Positions 1 to 9,279 of a stretch of 34,060 nt of DNA are shown piece after piece; position 1 is the first letter of the stretch, and each line of letters begins with the position of its first letter. The stretch lies in assembly GCF_001194135.2 (NCBI RefSeq), contig NC_068985.1:46868499-46902558 (forward strand). Direction: 5' to 3'. Under the pieces are notes generated by a model. The model did not search any database. It was given only the letters and a program-made list of their open reading frames with translations, and was not told the origin of the DNA. The translations under genes and the position numbers were made by a program. Origin of the DNA: Octopus bimaculoides. Its lineage: Eukaryota.

Positions 1-58
1 ACACTCTAAAGTATAGAGCAGTAATGTATTTATATGTAGTTAAGTCTATGGCCAGTCA

Positions 59-122
59 TAGATTGACCAATGGTTTTGCATCCACAAAGGGCTTAGCCCC
101 GTGCACGGCTTGTCAGACTCTA
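59..122 (-). ncRNA. Degenerate (probably dead) hammerhead motif, mirror copy of 237-300
   Basis: Minus strand reads TAGAGT-CTGACAA-G...C-AAAA-CCATTGGTC-AATCTA. G8 and G12 of the core are changed to A, both at CpG sites. Confidence 0.65.
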
Positions 123-236
123 AAGCCGAATACAAATGTTAACTCTTCATCCTTTTTTATTATATGTGACCTCATTCGGCTATATACCCTGGACACTCTT
201 TTATTATATGGGAAGACTTGCGTTTGTCTTCGGCTT

Positions 237-300
237 TAGAGCCTGACGAGCCATCCACGGGGCTTAGTCTTCTGTGGATGCGAAACCGTTGGTCATTCTA
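237..300 (+). ncRNA. Type I hammerhead ribozyme motif with intact core
   Basis: Stem I TAGAGC(237-242)/ATTCTA(295-300), with first pair mismatched. Core CTGACGA at 243-249. Stem II G250-C281 with CATCCAC/GTGGATG. GAAA at 282-285. Stem III ACC/GGT with a GTT loop. GUC triplet predicts cleavage after 294. Confidence 0.75.
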
Positions 301-349
301 TGACTGGACGTAGACTTAACTACGTAAGCTCAAATTTACAGAAAAGAAA

Positions 350-545
350 AGACAAAGACAGGCGAGGAACAACAAGCGGGTGTAATAGTTTGATGCTCGG
401 AACGAATTGAAAGGTCTTTGACATTTCGAGCATACGCTCTTCGACAGAGAGGATTGAGAGGAAAACAATGGAGTGAGAACGAAAAAGAAGAAAATAGAGA
501 AAACGGAAAGAGAAAAAATGTGTAGGTATTAACGGTTCACGCACA
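350..545 (-). mobile_element. Non-coding Penelope pLTR-like interspersed unit
   Basis: Carries a minimal hammerhead-like motif (416-451). Layout resembles 33450-33600 (GAYGCTC...purine run...TTTCGAGC-N3/4-GCTCTTC-NNCAG...purine run). Confidence 0.45.
416..451 (-). ncRNA. Minimal hammerhead-like motif (variant core CUGUCGA)
   Basis: Minus strand CTCT-CTGTCGA-A-GAGC-GTAT-GCTC-GAAA-T-GTC-AAAG: 4-bp stem II, GUC triplet, stem I with 3 of 4 pairs. Confidence 0.5.
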
Positions 546-799
546 TAAATGTATAAACACACATGTGTATAGTCAGAAGAGGCGATGCTGAAAAGCTCCT
601 GGTTTGGGGCAAAGTAAAATACAAGAGGATCAGTTACTTATTATTTTATTCAACATGTTCCCGTCTAAGATTCACATACGCTTATTGCAGCGGTCCTTCA
701 GTTATTTTAACCCTTGTGAAAGAACTCGAAATGTTGGGCCTTCAACCAGAATTTTCGCTACACCTTTAAAGCCAGGTAATTTTCAGCTGGGAAGAATGG

Positions 800-872
800 A
801 TTGTTATACGAGATTCAGTTATCTGCTGCTCATGCGTTCAAATCCCACCCGGGAAACTTTGTTTTTCATCTT
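800..872 (+). mobile_element. Degenerate tRNA-derived SINE head (family A)
   Basis: GTTCAAATCCCACCCGGGAAACTTTGTTTTTCATCTTT resembles the GTTCAAATTCCGCCGAGGTCGACTTTGCCTTTCATCCTT seen in intact copies in this window. Confidence 0.35.
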
Positions 873-904
873 TTGATTGTGATTAAAATATAACTCTAGA
901 GTTG

Positions 905-1190
905 TGGATGATTGGTGAAATGTTTGTGCGTCAAAAGATGCAGTATCATTTGATAGTAGAGTGGACTCAAAAAATCTGAGAAAAATTAAGAAAAAATCAA
1001 GAGCTGATCAGAGAGTTTAAGAAATTGTGAAAGATAAAGGCGACAAAATCGTCCCTATGGTATTTGGTAAACATGGCACAGAACCCAAACTGCTACTTAA
1101 GAGTCTGGAGGATATTAGCATCGAGACACGCTTGGTCAGCCAGGAAAAACAGGCCAACCTGTATCCTGCATGAATCTACGAAAGATTTTT
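905..1190 (+). mobile_element. Degraded C-terminal restriction-like endonuclease region of an R4/Dong-type non-LTR retrotransposon
   Basis: Frameshifted translation DAVSFDSRVDSK / EKLRKNQELIREFKKL*KIK / IVPMVFGKHG matches the RLE-end pattern D..V..KE.EK..KYQ.L..E...LW....VVP.V.GALG. Confidence 0.65.
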
Positions 1191-1274
1191 TATAATTTCA
1201 GAAAACTCGTCACCAAACGTCAGATTAGTGTCCATGCAAATAAGATTAGTATGTAATAGCTTTTGAGTTGTAAA

Positions 1275-1369
1275 AGTTTTGAAAGGCAAAGTCAATCTTG
1301 GTGGGATTGGAACTCAGATTGTAAAGTTGGACGAAATACTGTTAAGCATTTTGTCCCGCATGCTGCCTT
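1275..1369 (-). mobile_element. Internally deleted SINE head (family A)
   Basis: Minus strand TTAAGGC...GACAAAATGCTTAACAGTATTTCGTCC...CTGAGTTCCAATCCCACC...GACTTTGCCTTTC. Confidence 0.65.
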
Positions 1370-1373
1370 AATA

Positions 1374-1464
<91 letters not shown>

Positions 1465-1480
1465 TAATAATAATAATAAT
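1369..1480. repeat. (TAA)n microsatellite
   Basis: Direct reading; about 37 units with two interruptions. Confidence 0.98.
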
Positions 1481-1841
1481 AGTTTCCCTAAAAGAAATGG
1501 AGAAACTTTCAAAATACAAAGACCTGGAAATAGAGGTAACTCGAATGTGGAATCTAAAAACAGAAACAATTCCTATCATAGTAGGTGCCTTAGGTATAAT
1601 AAAAAAATATTCAGACAAATACATAACAAAAACACCAGGACTTACAAATATATATAACATACAGAAAATTGCACTACTGGGCACTGCACATATCCTACGC
1701 AAAACACTTTCAATACAGTAACCATAAGAGGATCACAGCAAACCACAGCACATACCCAAGGCACACAGAGCTGCGCTCGGTAGTGAAGTGAAAGCACGTT
1801 ATAAAAATAAAACTACTGAACAATAATAATAATAATAATAA
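1481..1841 (+). mobile_element. 5'-truncated R4/Dong-type LINE: RLE C-terminus, 3' UTR and (AAT)n tail
   Basis: Open frame VSLKEMEKLSKYKDLEIEVTRMWNLKTETIPIIVGALG...IQKIALLGTAHILRKTL, stop at 1719-1721, about 100-nt UTR, AAT tail at 1822-1841. (TAA)n lies at both ends. Confidence 0.9.
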
Positions 1842-1842
1842 T

Positions 1843-2665
1843 TTTCTGCTACAACAATACTTGCGACCGTGATCAAATTATTTGTTTATGTGATGTGGTT
1901 TGTTCTGATGTATTTGAGAATATCATTTACATTTTTCGTTTCATGCTTCAACTTCCACCGGTCAACTTTTTTTTAAGGTTGCAAATAATGTCGCTATCGT
2001 TCTCCTGTAGTCTTGCTTTTATTCTGTCATAGATTGCTTTTTGTTCATCTGTCATGTTGCCATTAGTCTTATTGTCTTCTTTTAGATCGTCCATATGTCT
2101 CTCATCAAGTAAACTACCATTGCTCCTCTTCTGTGCCTTTATTAGTAAGAGCTGTATTTTCATCGTTGTCTTTGCTGCTAATTTCCAAGACCTGCCTTTT
2201 GATAGTTTCGTGCTCTACTTCTATGCACAAACATTTTTTTTCTTATTGCTCTATCTTGATCACATAGTCTCCGTTCCGTGAGTTGAAACAATCCCTGTTC
2301 CCTCCATTGATCAAATGTACATTGTCGGTAACCCCTAATTTAAGGACCATTCTCATCTACCGGGTTGCTCAGGTACTAACACTCCATGACCATATCATTA
2401 ATTTGCTTGTTCCATCTGCGCCGTGTGTGGTGGTCCCTTTCGACAGGTTGGAGCCGAACCAGAATGCCTGAGCCTGCCGGGTGCAACACTGTCATCATCA
2501 ATGGCTTCAGTTTCATTACTACCGTTATTCACAATATTTTGTTTATTCATTGTCACTCATATGAGGTAGCTATTATCAGGTTGCGCAGTTACCAGTGTTT
2601 TTATTCTGGCACCATCACTAGATGTAACATTAATCATGACATGGGAGAATACCCCCTCTCCTTTC
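1843..2665 (-). mobile_element. 5' UTR and N-terminal ORF region of an R4/Dong-type LINE (3'-truncated)
   Basis: Disrupted translation RRWNKQINDMVMEC*Y...RGYRQC...WREQGLFQLTERRLCDQDRAIRK and VDRWKLKHETKNVNDILKYIRTNHIT*TNNLITVASIVVAE resembles R4-clade N-termini. The 5' end abuts (TAA)n at 2666-2688. Confidence 0.7.
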
Positions 2666-3156
2666 ATTATTATTATTATTATTATTATCACTGATATCAC
2701 TAGTATTATTGTTTGGGCCTCAGATTCTTGTGCTATCAGAATAGAAGTAGTAGTTCTATTTGTAATTACTGGTAGAGAAATCAATAATACATACATACAT
2801 ANNNNNNNNNNNNNNNNNNNNNNNNNNNNNNNNNNNNNNNNNNNNNNNNNNNNNNTTGAGTTGTGTTGGTGCAATAAAAGGTATGTTTACATATTTGGGT
2901 AGTCAGGGATAAGTTTCTTACAAAATTTAGTATATTAAAGTTTTAAAGTTTTCTTGAGATGTTTGTTTGTCTATCCAGTTAGAGAATACAGTAGTGTTTT
3001 TGCAATGAAAGGGATGTTTACATTTTCGAATACTCAGAGAGAAAAGAATGGATAGGTATTCAAAGAAGTTGTAGATATTAAAGTTTTTTTTAAATGATCG
3101 TTTGTGTGTTCGAAAGCTGAAGGTATATAAATTCCTAACTTATTTCGAGGTGAGTA

Positions 3157-3356
3157 ACAGTGAGTAAAAATCTCGAGAAGTACATGGAACAAATAGGGGC
3201 TGCAATAAGGGTAGAGCGCTTGCAGAAAACAGCACTGCTTGGAACCACTCGAATACTCTGGAAGGTGCACGAAAAATAAGACGTGTTACCTTAGTTGACT
3301 GGTAGTGAACAGCTGACACCGTAGTGCATCTCCAGCGTTAGAAGCTGTGCAAAGGC

Positions 3357-3428
<72 letters not shown>
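3157..3428 (+). mobile_element. 3' end of a different R4/Dong-type LINE family with (AAT)n tail
   Basis: TVSKNLEKYMEQIGAAIRVERLQKTALLGTTRILWKVHEK* (stop 3277-3279), about 75-nt UTR unrelated to that at 1722-1821, AAT tract at 3357-3428. Confidence 0.8.
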
Positions 3429-3593
3429 CCTTTCTACTATAAGCAAAAGGTCTGAAATTCGGGGAAGGGGATTAGTCAATTACATCGACCGACCCCGAAA
3501 AAATGAAAGGCAAGTCGACTTCAGCGGAATTTGAACGCAGAACGTAAAAACGGACGAAATGCCTCTAAGAAATTTGCCCCTACGTGCTAACGA
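3429..3593 (-). mobile_element. SINE family A, internally deleted
   Basis: Reverse complement matches family A body and tail (GTTCAAATTCCGC...GTCGACTTGCCTTTCA...AGTAGAAAGG). The segment between the two GTCGAT motifs is missing. Confidence 0.8.
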
Positions 3594-4104
3594 AAAATCA
3601 AGAAAAACAAAACACAAATCTACCAAAAAAGACAGACAATAAACAAAATAGGCCGAGTAAGTACATGAAACCAAAAGCTAAAGTATTTCAAGTGATTCCT
3701 TTGTACAACAGCCTTCTAGCTGGAAGGAGAAAACGAAAGGAGAATTTGCAGATTCGTAGCGCTCATCGGAAACCCAATGATATCTCTATATGTCCATGTA
3801 AACCAGATAGTATACAGATGTATGTCACTGCCTATATGTACAAGTGTGTCTCTATAACTGCATGTATATATGTGTGTATCAATCTACGGCTGAAAGAGTA
3901 GAAGTTGTTAAAGAGCAGCCGGAGGAGGAGGAAGCGAAGGAGAAGACGGAGGAAGAGAAGGTGGAGGAGAGGGGGAAGAAGTGACACATTTATGTAATGC
4001 TAGGACGTCTTCTTTTAGCAGACTTAGTCATTTATGACGATGCTATTATAGTGCCTGCAGAGGTTGTGACTGAGAGCTTTTAAATAAACATGGCCAGTAA
4101 TTGC

Positions 4105-4195
4105 ATATACAAACATACATACACACATACATACATACATACATACATGCATACATACATACATACATACATGCATACATACATACATACACACA

Positions 4196-4222
<27 letters not shown>
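4105..4222. repeat. (CATA)n microsatellite
   Basis: Direct reading. Confidence 0.95.
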
Positions 4223-4226
<4 letters not shown>

Positions 4227-5444
4227 GTGCGTATGCATGTATATATACGTATATATGTTACAAACACGCATATACATATATGCATAATACTATCTATCAT
4301 AGCACTAAAAGAAACTTTTAGAGAAAACATTTAAATNNNNNNNNNNNNNNNNNNNNNNNNNNNNNNNNNNNNNNNNNNNNNNNNNNNNNNNNNNNNNNNN
4401 NNNNNNNNNNNNNNNNNNNNNNNNNNNNNNNNNNNNNNNNNNNNNNNNNNNNNNNNNNNNNNNNNNNNNNNNNNNNNNNNNNNNNNNNNNNNNNNNNNNN
4501 NNNNNNNNNNNNNNNNNNNNNNNNNNNNNNNNNNNNNNNNNNNNNNNNNNNNNNNNNNNNNNNNNNNNNNNNNNNNNNNNNNNNNNNNNNNNNNNNNNNN
4601 NNNNNNNNNNNNNNNNNNNNNNNNNNNNNNNNNNNNNNNNNNNNNNNNNNNNNNNNNNNNNNNNNNNNNNNNNNNNNNNNNNNNNNNNNNNNNNNNNNNN
4701 NNNNNNNNNNNNNNNNNATATCATTACATGCAATAGACATTCGTTCAAACAATATTTGGAAAGCGTGTGTGATGATTCTTTTGTTTCTTTTTCTGAAGAG
4801 CGGAAGCACGAATTGAGGCCTCCTCGGTAAATATTTGAGGGGATGTGATGGAGGTGGTGAATGAGTGTATTTTATACTTTAGGTTTCAAATCCTTTTTTC
4901 GTTCCTTGTCTTATCTCAAAAGTTTTATCTTTAGTTGCGTAGAAAAGATCTGATCTAACAGACATTCTTTCTTCTTCTACTGCTATATCAGTTATAAACA
5001 AATTTAAGAAACAGACGAAAGAAGGTATTGTAAATAGATATGGCATTTGTTGTGGTAATAAATGTTTGTAGGGGGCAGATAGGGCAGTACCGGTTGAGTC
5101 ACTGTGTAGAGTGACAGACAGAATACCTTGCTGTATTATCTAGTGGCATTCTTTTGCATTCAATTCGCTTGGGGAGCTGTTTACCATTTCATTCTTTATT
5201 CTTTCGTTCGATAAAATGAATTTTAGACTCGAAAGCATTGCGTATCCACAAATAGATTGGGGAAAAAAAAACAGGGGAAAAACGTATAAAATACCTGGAG
5301 GTATTTTGTTAAATTTTCATTACGTTCTGTGCCCAAGTCCCGCTGGAGTTACCTTCATCTTTAAAAGTTACAGGTCAATAAAATGAAGAATTGATCTCCC
5401 TATTCCTCAAATGCGCTACATTTTGCTTAGGACATTAATCAATA

Positions 5445-6548
5445 TTTGAAGTAAAATTTAGCATTGTAATGTTAACGTAGTGAGGCAGTTTAGGAATATG
5501 GAAATGTAGTGCAGTAATGTCTTCATATTTCGTGTAGTATATTGGAGAGTAGAAGTGTAAAAGAGGACAAAATGATTTCCCATTGTTATAGGGGAATGAT
5601 CCTGATAAAATTCTCCAATCTAAATAAAAAAAGTTTGTTAGAATTTTTAAGGTTCCAAATTAGCTTCCAAAGACCTGTAGAATTACGCTTATGACTGTAT
5701 TTAAAAGTTGGAACATGGTTCGCAACACGGCATTTCAACTCCGTAGAAGATAATCCAATATAAAAAAAATTCTTTAGATCCAGAGGTAATTTTGCATTGG
5801 CAAACAACATTTTTAACACGGCAATTTCTATTGTGGACGCAAGTTTTATTCGAGCTACAGTTGCAAGGCCTAAAATCATTGATATTATTATTCAAGGAGA
5901 GATTATTGTTAATATTATTAATGCTATAAAGGGAGCGAGCTGGCAGAAACGTTAGCACGCCGGGAGAAATGCTTAGCAGTATTTCGTCTGTCTTTACGTT
6001 CTGGGTTCAAATTCCGCCAAAGTCGTCTTTGCCTTTCATCCTTTCGGGGTCGATAAATAAAGTACCAGTTACGCACTGGGGTCGATGTAATCGAATTAAC
6101 CCCTTTGTCTGTCCTTGTTTGTCCCCTCTATGTTTAGCCCCTTGTGGGCACTAAAGAAATAAGAAACGTAAGCACACCGGGCGAAATGTTTAGCGATATT
6201 TCGTCTGTCTTTATGTTCTGAGTTCAAATTTCGCTGAGGTCGAGTGTGCCTTTCATCCTTTTGGGATTCGATGAATTAAGTACCAGTTGCGTACTGGGGT
6301 CACTCTAATCGACTGGCCCTCTCGCCCCAAATTTCGGGCCCTGTGCCTAGAGTCGAAAAGAATATTATTAACGTCTTTACAGTTATTAAGAGAGACACTA
6401 TTAACTTTAAGAATATAGTTGTTATACGAGGAAATAATCTGCAGGATTTTACTGGTGTTCGAGAAGCGAACTCTGATACGATGGTGTTGAAAATTGAGTG
6501 GTACATGGAAATAATGGGAAAGTTCATCTCGATAGCTTGACGAAATAG
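5445..6548 (-). mobile_element. Penelope-like element fragment (post-RT linker + GIY-YIG endonuclease), split by a SINE insertion
   Basis: 6370-6545: NFQHHRIRVRFSNTSKILQIISSYNNYIL. 5480-5920: RPCNCSSNKTC...CRVKNVV, FYIGLSSTELKCRVANHVPTFK...RNSTGLWKLIWNLK, PYNNGKSFCPL. These match the Penelope CNC..C / YIG / NST.LS..IW motifs, with frameshifts. Confidence 0.85.
5929..6360 (+). mobile_element. Dimeric SINE (family A left monomer 5929-6162, right monomer 6163-6360) with diverged ~17-bp TSD
   Basis: Two B-box (GTTCAAAT) monomers. Flanks AATATTATTAATGCTAT (5911-5927) and AATATTATTAACGTCTT (6361-6377). Confidence 0.9.
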
Positions 6549-6559
6549 GTGTATATATT

Positions 6560-6654
6560 ACACACACACATAAATTGTATATCTGTATGTATAATGCACA
6601 CACGCATACACACATATACATATATACTGACACAATGTAGAAGAAAGATAAGTG

Positions 6655-6685
<31 letters not shown>

Positions 6686-7121
6686 TAACTCACACATGAC
6701 GAGCTTTTCAAGTGTGTAATACTGTACGTTACTTTCAGTATGACTCATTGTTGGTCACCTGTAAAAGGTTGATACACACATACATACATACATACATACA
6801 TAAAAAAAATACATACATGCAGGCATATACACACACGGATGCACACACATTATACTTATATATACATCAATTTTTCTCTCTCCGTTCGTCTCACCCTCTC
6901 CCTCTCTCTCTGTTTCTGCAATAGGTTATCAGTTCATTTTGATCACAGAGTGAATGTTAAGAGAAAGATAGTGGAAGACAATATTAGTTAAATAATATCG
7001 CACAGTCACACACACGTACGCACGCAAACACAAACACACACACAAGCATCAGCGATATACATACATAAAGACATACATACGTACATACATACACACAAAC
7101 ACATATATGTAAGTGTATATT

Positions 7122-7174
<53 letters not shown>

Positions 7175-7346
7175 ATATATGTATTTATATATAATTATAA
7201 TTATGTATAATTATATATGTGTATGTGTGTGTATGTGTGTGCCTAAAAAGCAAATAAACAAAATCAAATCTAAATGGATAGGTAGATAGATATTTAGATT
7301 ACGTGAGTGAGTCAATAGGAATATGTACATGCATATATAAATATGG

Positions 7347-7405
<59 letters not shown>

Positions 7406-8157
7406 CATATATATATATATGTATATATACACATACACATTGCTGGACGGAAGGCTGGCCAACCGGTTGGCTGGGAGGTTGGGTCGCTGGCTAGTTGGAA
7501 AAATAAATTGATAAGCAAGAGATAAAAGGAATGAACGGTCGGTAGAGGTAGACAGATAAAGAGACGGAAATAAGAGGTGTATTAGAGAAGCAGAAGCGTT
7601 TTATGTGATAGATGGGTTATGAAGAGGAACAGGGAAATCATGTGAAGACTGCGTTGATGAAGATGAAAGCCCAACAACAATAAAAGTAAGGACAAGAATA
7701 AAAAAATAAAAGTTGATAAATAAATAAAATGAAAATAAATAAATAAATAAATAAATGAATAAATAAATATATATATCTAAAAGGTTAGACATTGATTTAA
7801 ACAATAAAACAATTAAAGCAATAAAACTAGAAACGTAATACATGCACATACACACACATATATTTAAATATGTGTGTGTGTGTGTCTGTGTGTACATATG
7901 GTTATAGGCACATACATATATACGCACAAAGAAGCATATAAATACTCACTATATATGTGTGCACACAGGTAGTTAATGACTCACGTTGGCATAAAAATTA
8001 AGAAATCTATGTCAAAGTGTTTCTGTGTGTTTGCGTGTATTATATATATATATATATNNNNNNNNNNNNNNNNNNNNNNNNNNNNNNNNNNNNNNNNNNN
8101 NNNNNNNNNNNNNNNNNNNNNNNNNNNNNNNNNNNNNNNNNNNNNNNNNNNNNNNNN

Positions 8158-8199
<42 letters not shown>

Positions 8200-8540
8200 T
8201 TATGGATATATATGTATGGTTATATGTATATATACATATATATGAATGTATATAAGTATGTATGTATGTACGTATTGTGTGTGCGTGTATATATTTATAT
8301 ATACATAATAGAAAATGAAAAAAAAAGAAAATATAATAGAGAATGTACATTTTGATTAGGACGAGTGATTATTGTACTTGTGCGCATGCGTAGATTTATG
8401 TGAATTCAAGGATGATAATCCGGCAGCTGTAGATTTTAATGCATGGTGTCATTCATGAGTTTATCCCACAAAAAAATAGAAATAGAAAATAGTAAAAAAT
8501 TGTCCGTCTATCTCTCTCTCTTTTGTATCCCCCCTCTTTT

Positions 8541-8587
<47 letters not shown>

Positions 8588-8700
8588 ATCTATCTTAGTT
8601 ATTTGTCATTGGTTTGTGTACTTATGTATGTATCTGCCTGTCCATCTCTCCCCAATCCTGACTCACTCTCTCTCTTTCTCTCTCTCTACATATGTATGAT
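6560..8700. repeat. Compound microsatellite-rich tract: (CA)n, (CATA)n, (TA)n, (TG)n, (AAAT)n, (CT)n
   Basis: Direct reading; includes an N gap at about 8058-8157. Confidence 0.85.
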
Positions 8701-8734
8701 ATATATGAATAATATGTATAAATAAATACATATT

Positions 8735-9279
8735 ACGCATCACGACACACAGCCGACCGGCCTCTATGTGTCAAGTCGTACTGTCACGTGATGCGTCTAT
8801 GTTTTGCAGTGCTTCTCACGTTTTCGTAAATTTTTGTGATGGCTGAAACGAAGGAGCATCGTGCTTCCGTGATATTCTGTTTTCTGTTGAGGAAAACGGC
8901 AGCCGAAACGGTTGTCATGCTTCAGACAGCTTACAAGGACGCTGCCATGAGCAAGACACAAGTTTATGAGTGGTTTCCACGCTTTAGGAATGGTTACTTG
9001 TTGCTTGAAGACCAACTTCGTTCACCGTCGACCTCCCGAATGAATAAAAACAGCGTAGAAATTTCATGAACTGATCTTGGAGAACCTTCACCGAACAATT
9101 GGCGAACTTGTTGATATGACTGATGTGTCCTGGAGCTCCTGCCAACTAATATTGTGCGAGGAATTGCGAATGAAAAGAGTTGCAGCAAAATTTGTGCCTC
9201 ACTTGCTCACGGACGATCAAAGGCAGTCACGACTGAATGAGTGACGTAAAATGAAAGAATAGTTTGGAGGTGATTCGGA
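8735..9279 (+). mobile_element. Mariner-family transposon relic, N-terminal HTH region of the transposase, running into a gap
   Basis: EHRASVIFCFLLRKTAAETVVMLQTAYKDAAMSKTQVYEWFPRFRNG...EDQLRS, then after a frameshift RTIGELV...ILCEELRMKRVAAKFVPHLLT (WVPHEL-type motif). No TIR recognised. Confidence 0.9.

Larger units (their letters stand above)
33..326. repeat. Imperfect inverted repeat: 106-bp arms (33-138 / 221-326) around an 82-bp spacer; probable inverted pair of Penelope-type pseudo-LTR segments
   Basis: Manual alignment of 33-138 to the reverse complement of 221-326: 90/106 identical, no gaps. Each arm contains a hammerhead motif. Confidence 0.9.

Noticed and set aside
1263-1480. Poly-Ile/Leu/Asn and YIHT/MYVC-type ORFs throughout the window
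   Set aside because: Translations of (TAA)n, (CATA)n, (TA)n and (CA)n microsatellites, with no coding evidence.
6377-6548. Apparent + strand exon (TTTACAG acceptor, IKRDTINFKNIVVIRG...)
   Set aside because: The opposite strand encodes a recognisable Penelope linker motif collinear with the GIY-YIG region.
7458-7471. 14-bp perfect palindrome GCCAACCGGTTGGC
   Set aside because: Arises within a degenerate GGYT-type tetranucleotide tract, with no further structure.
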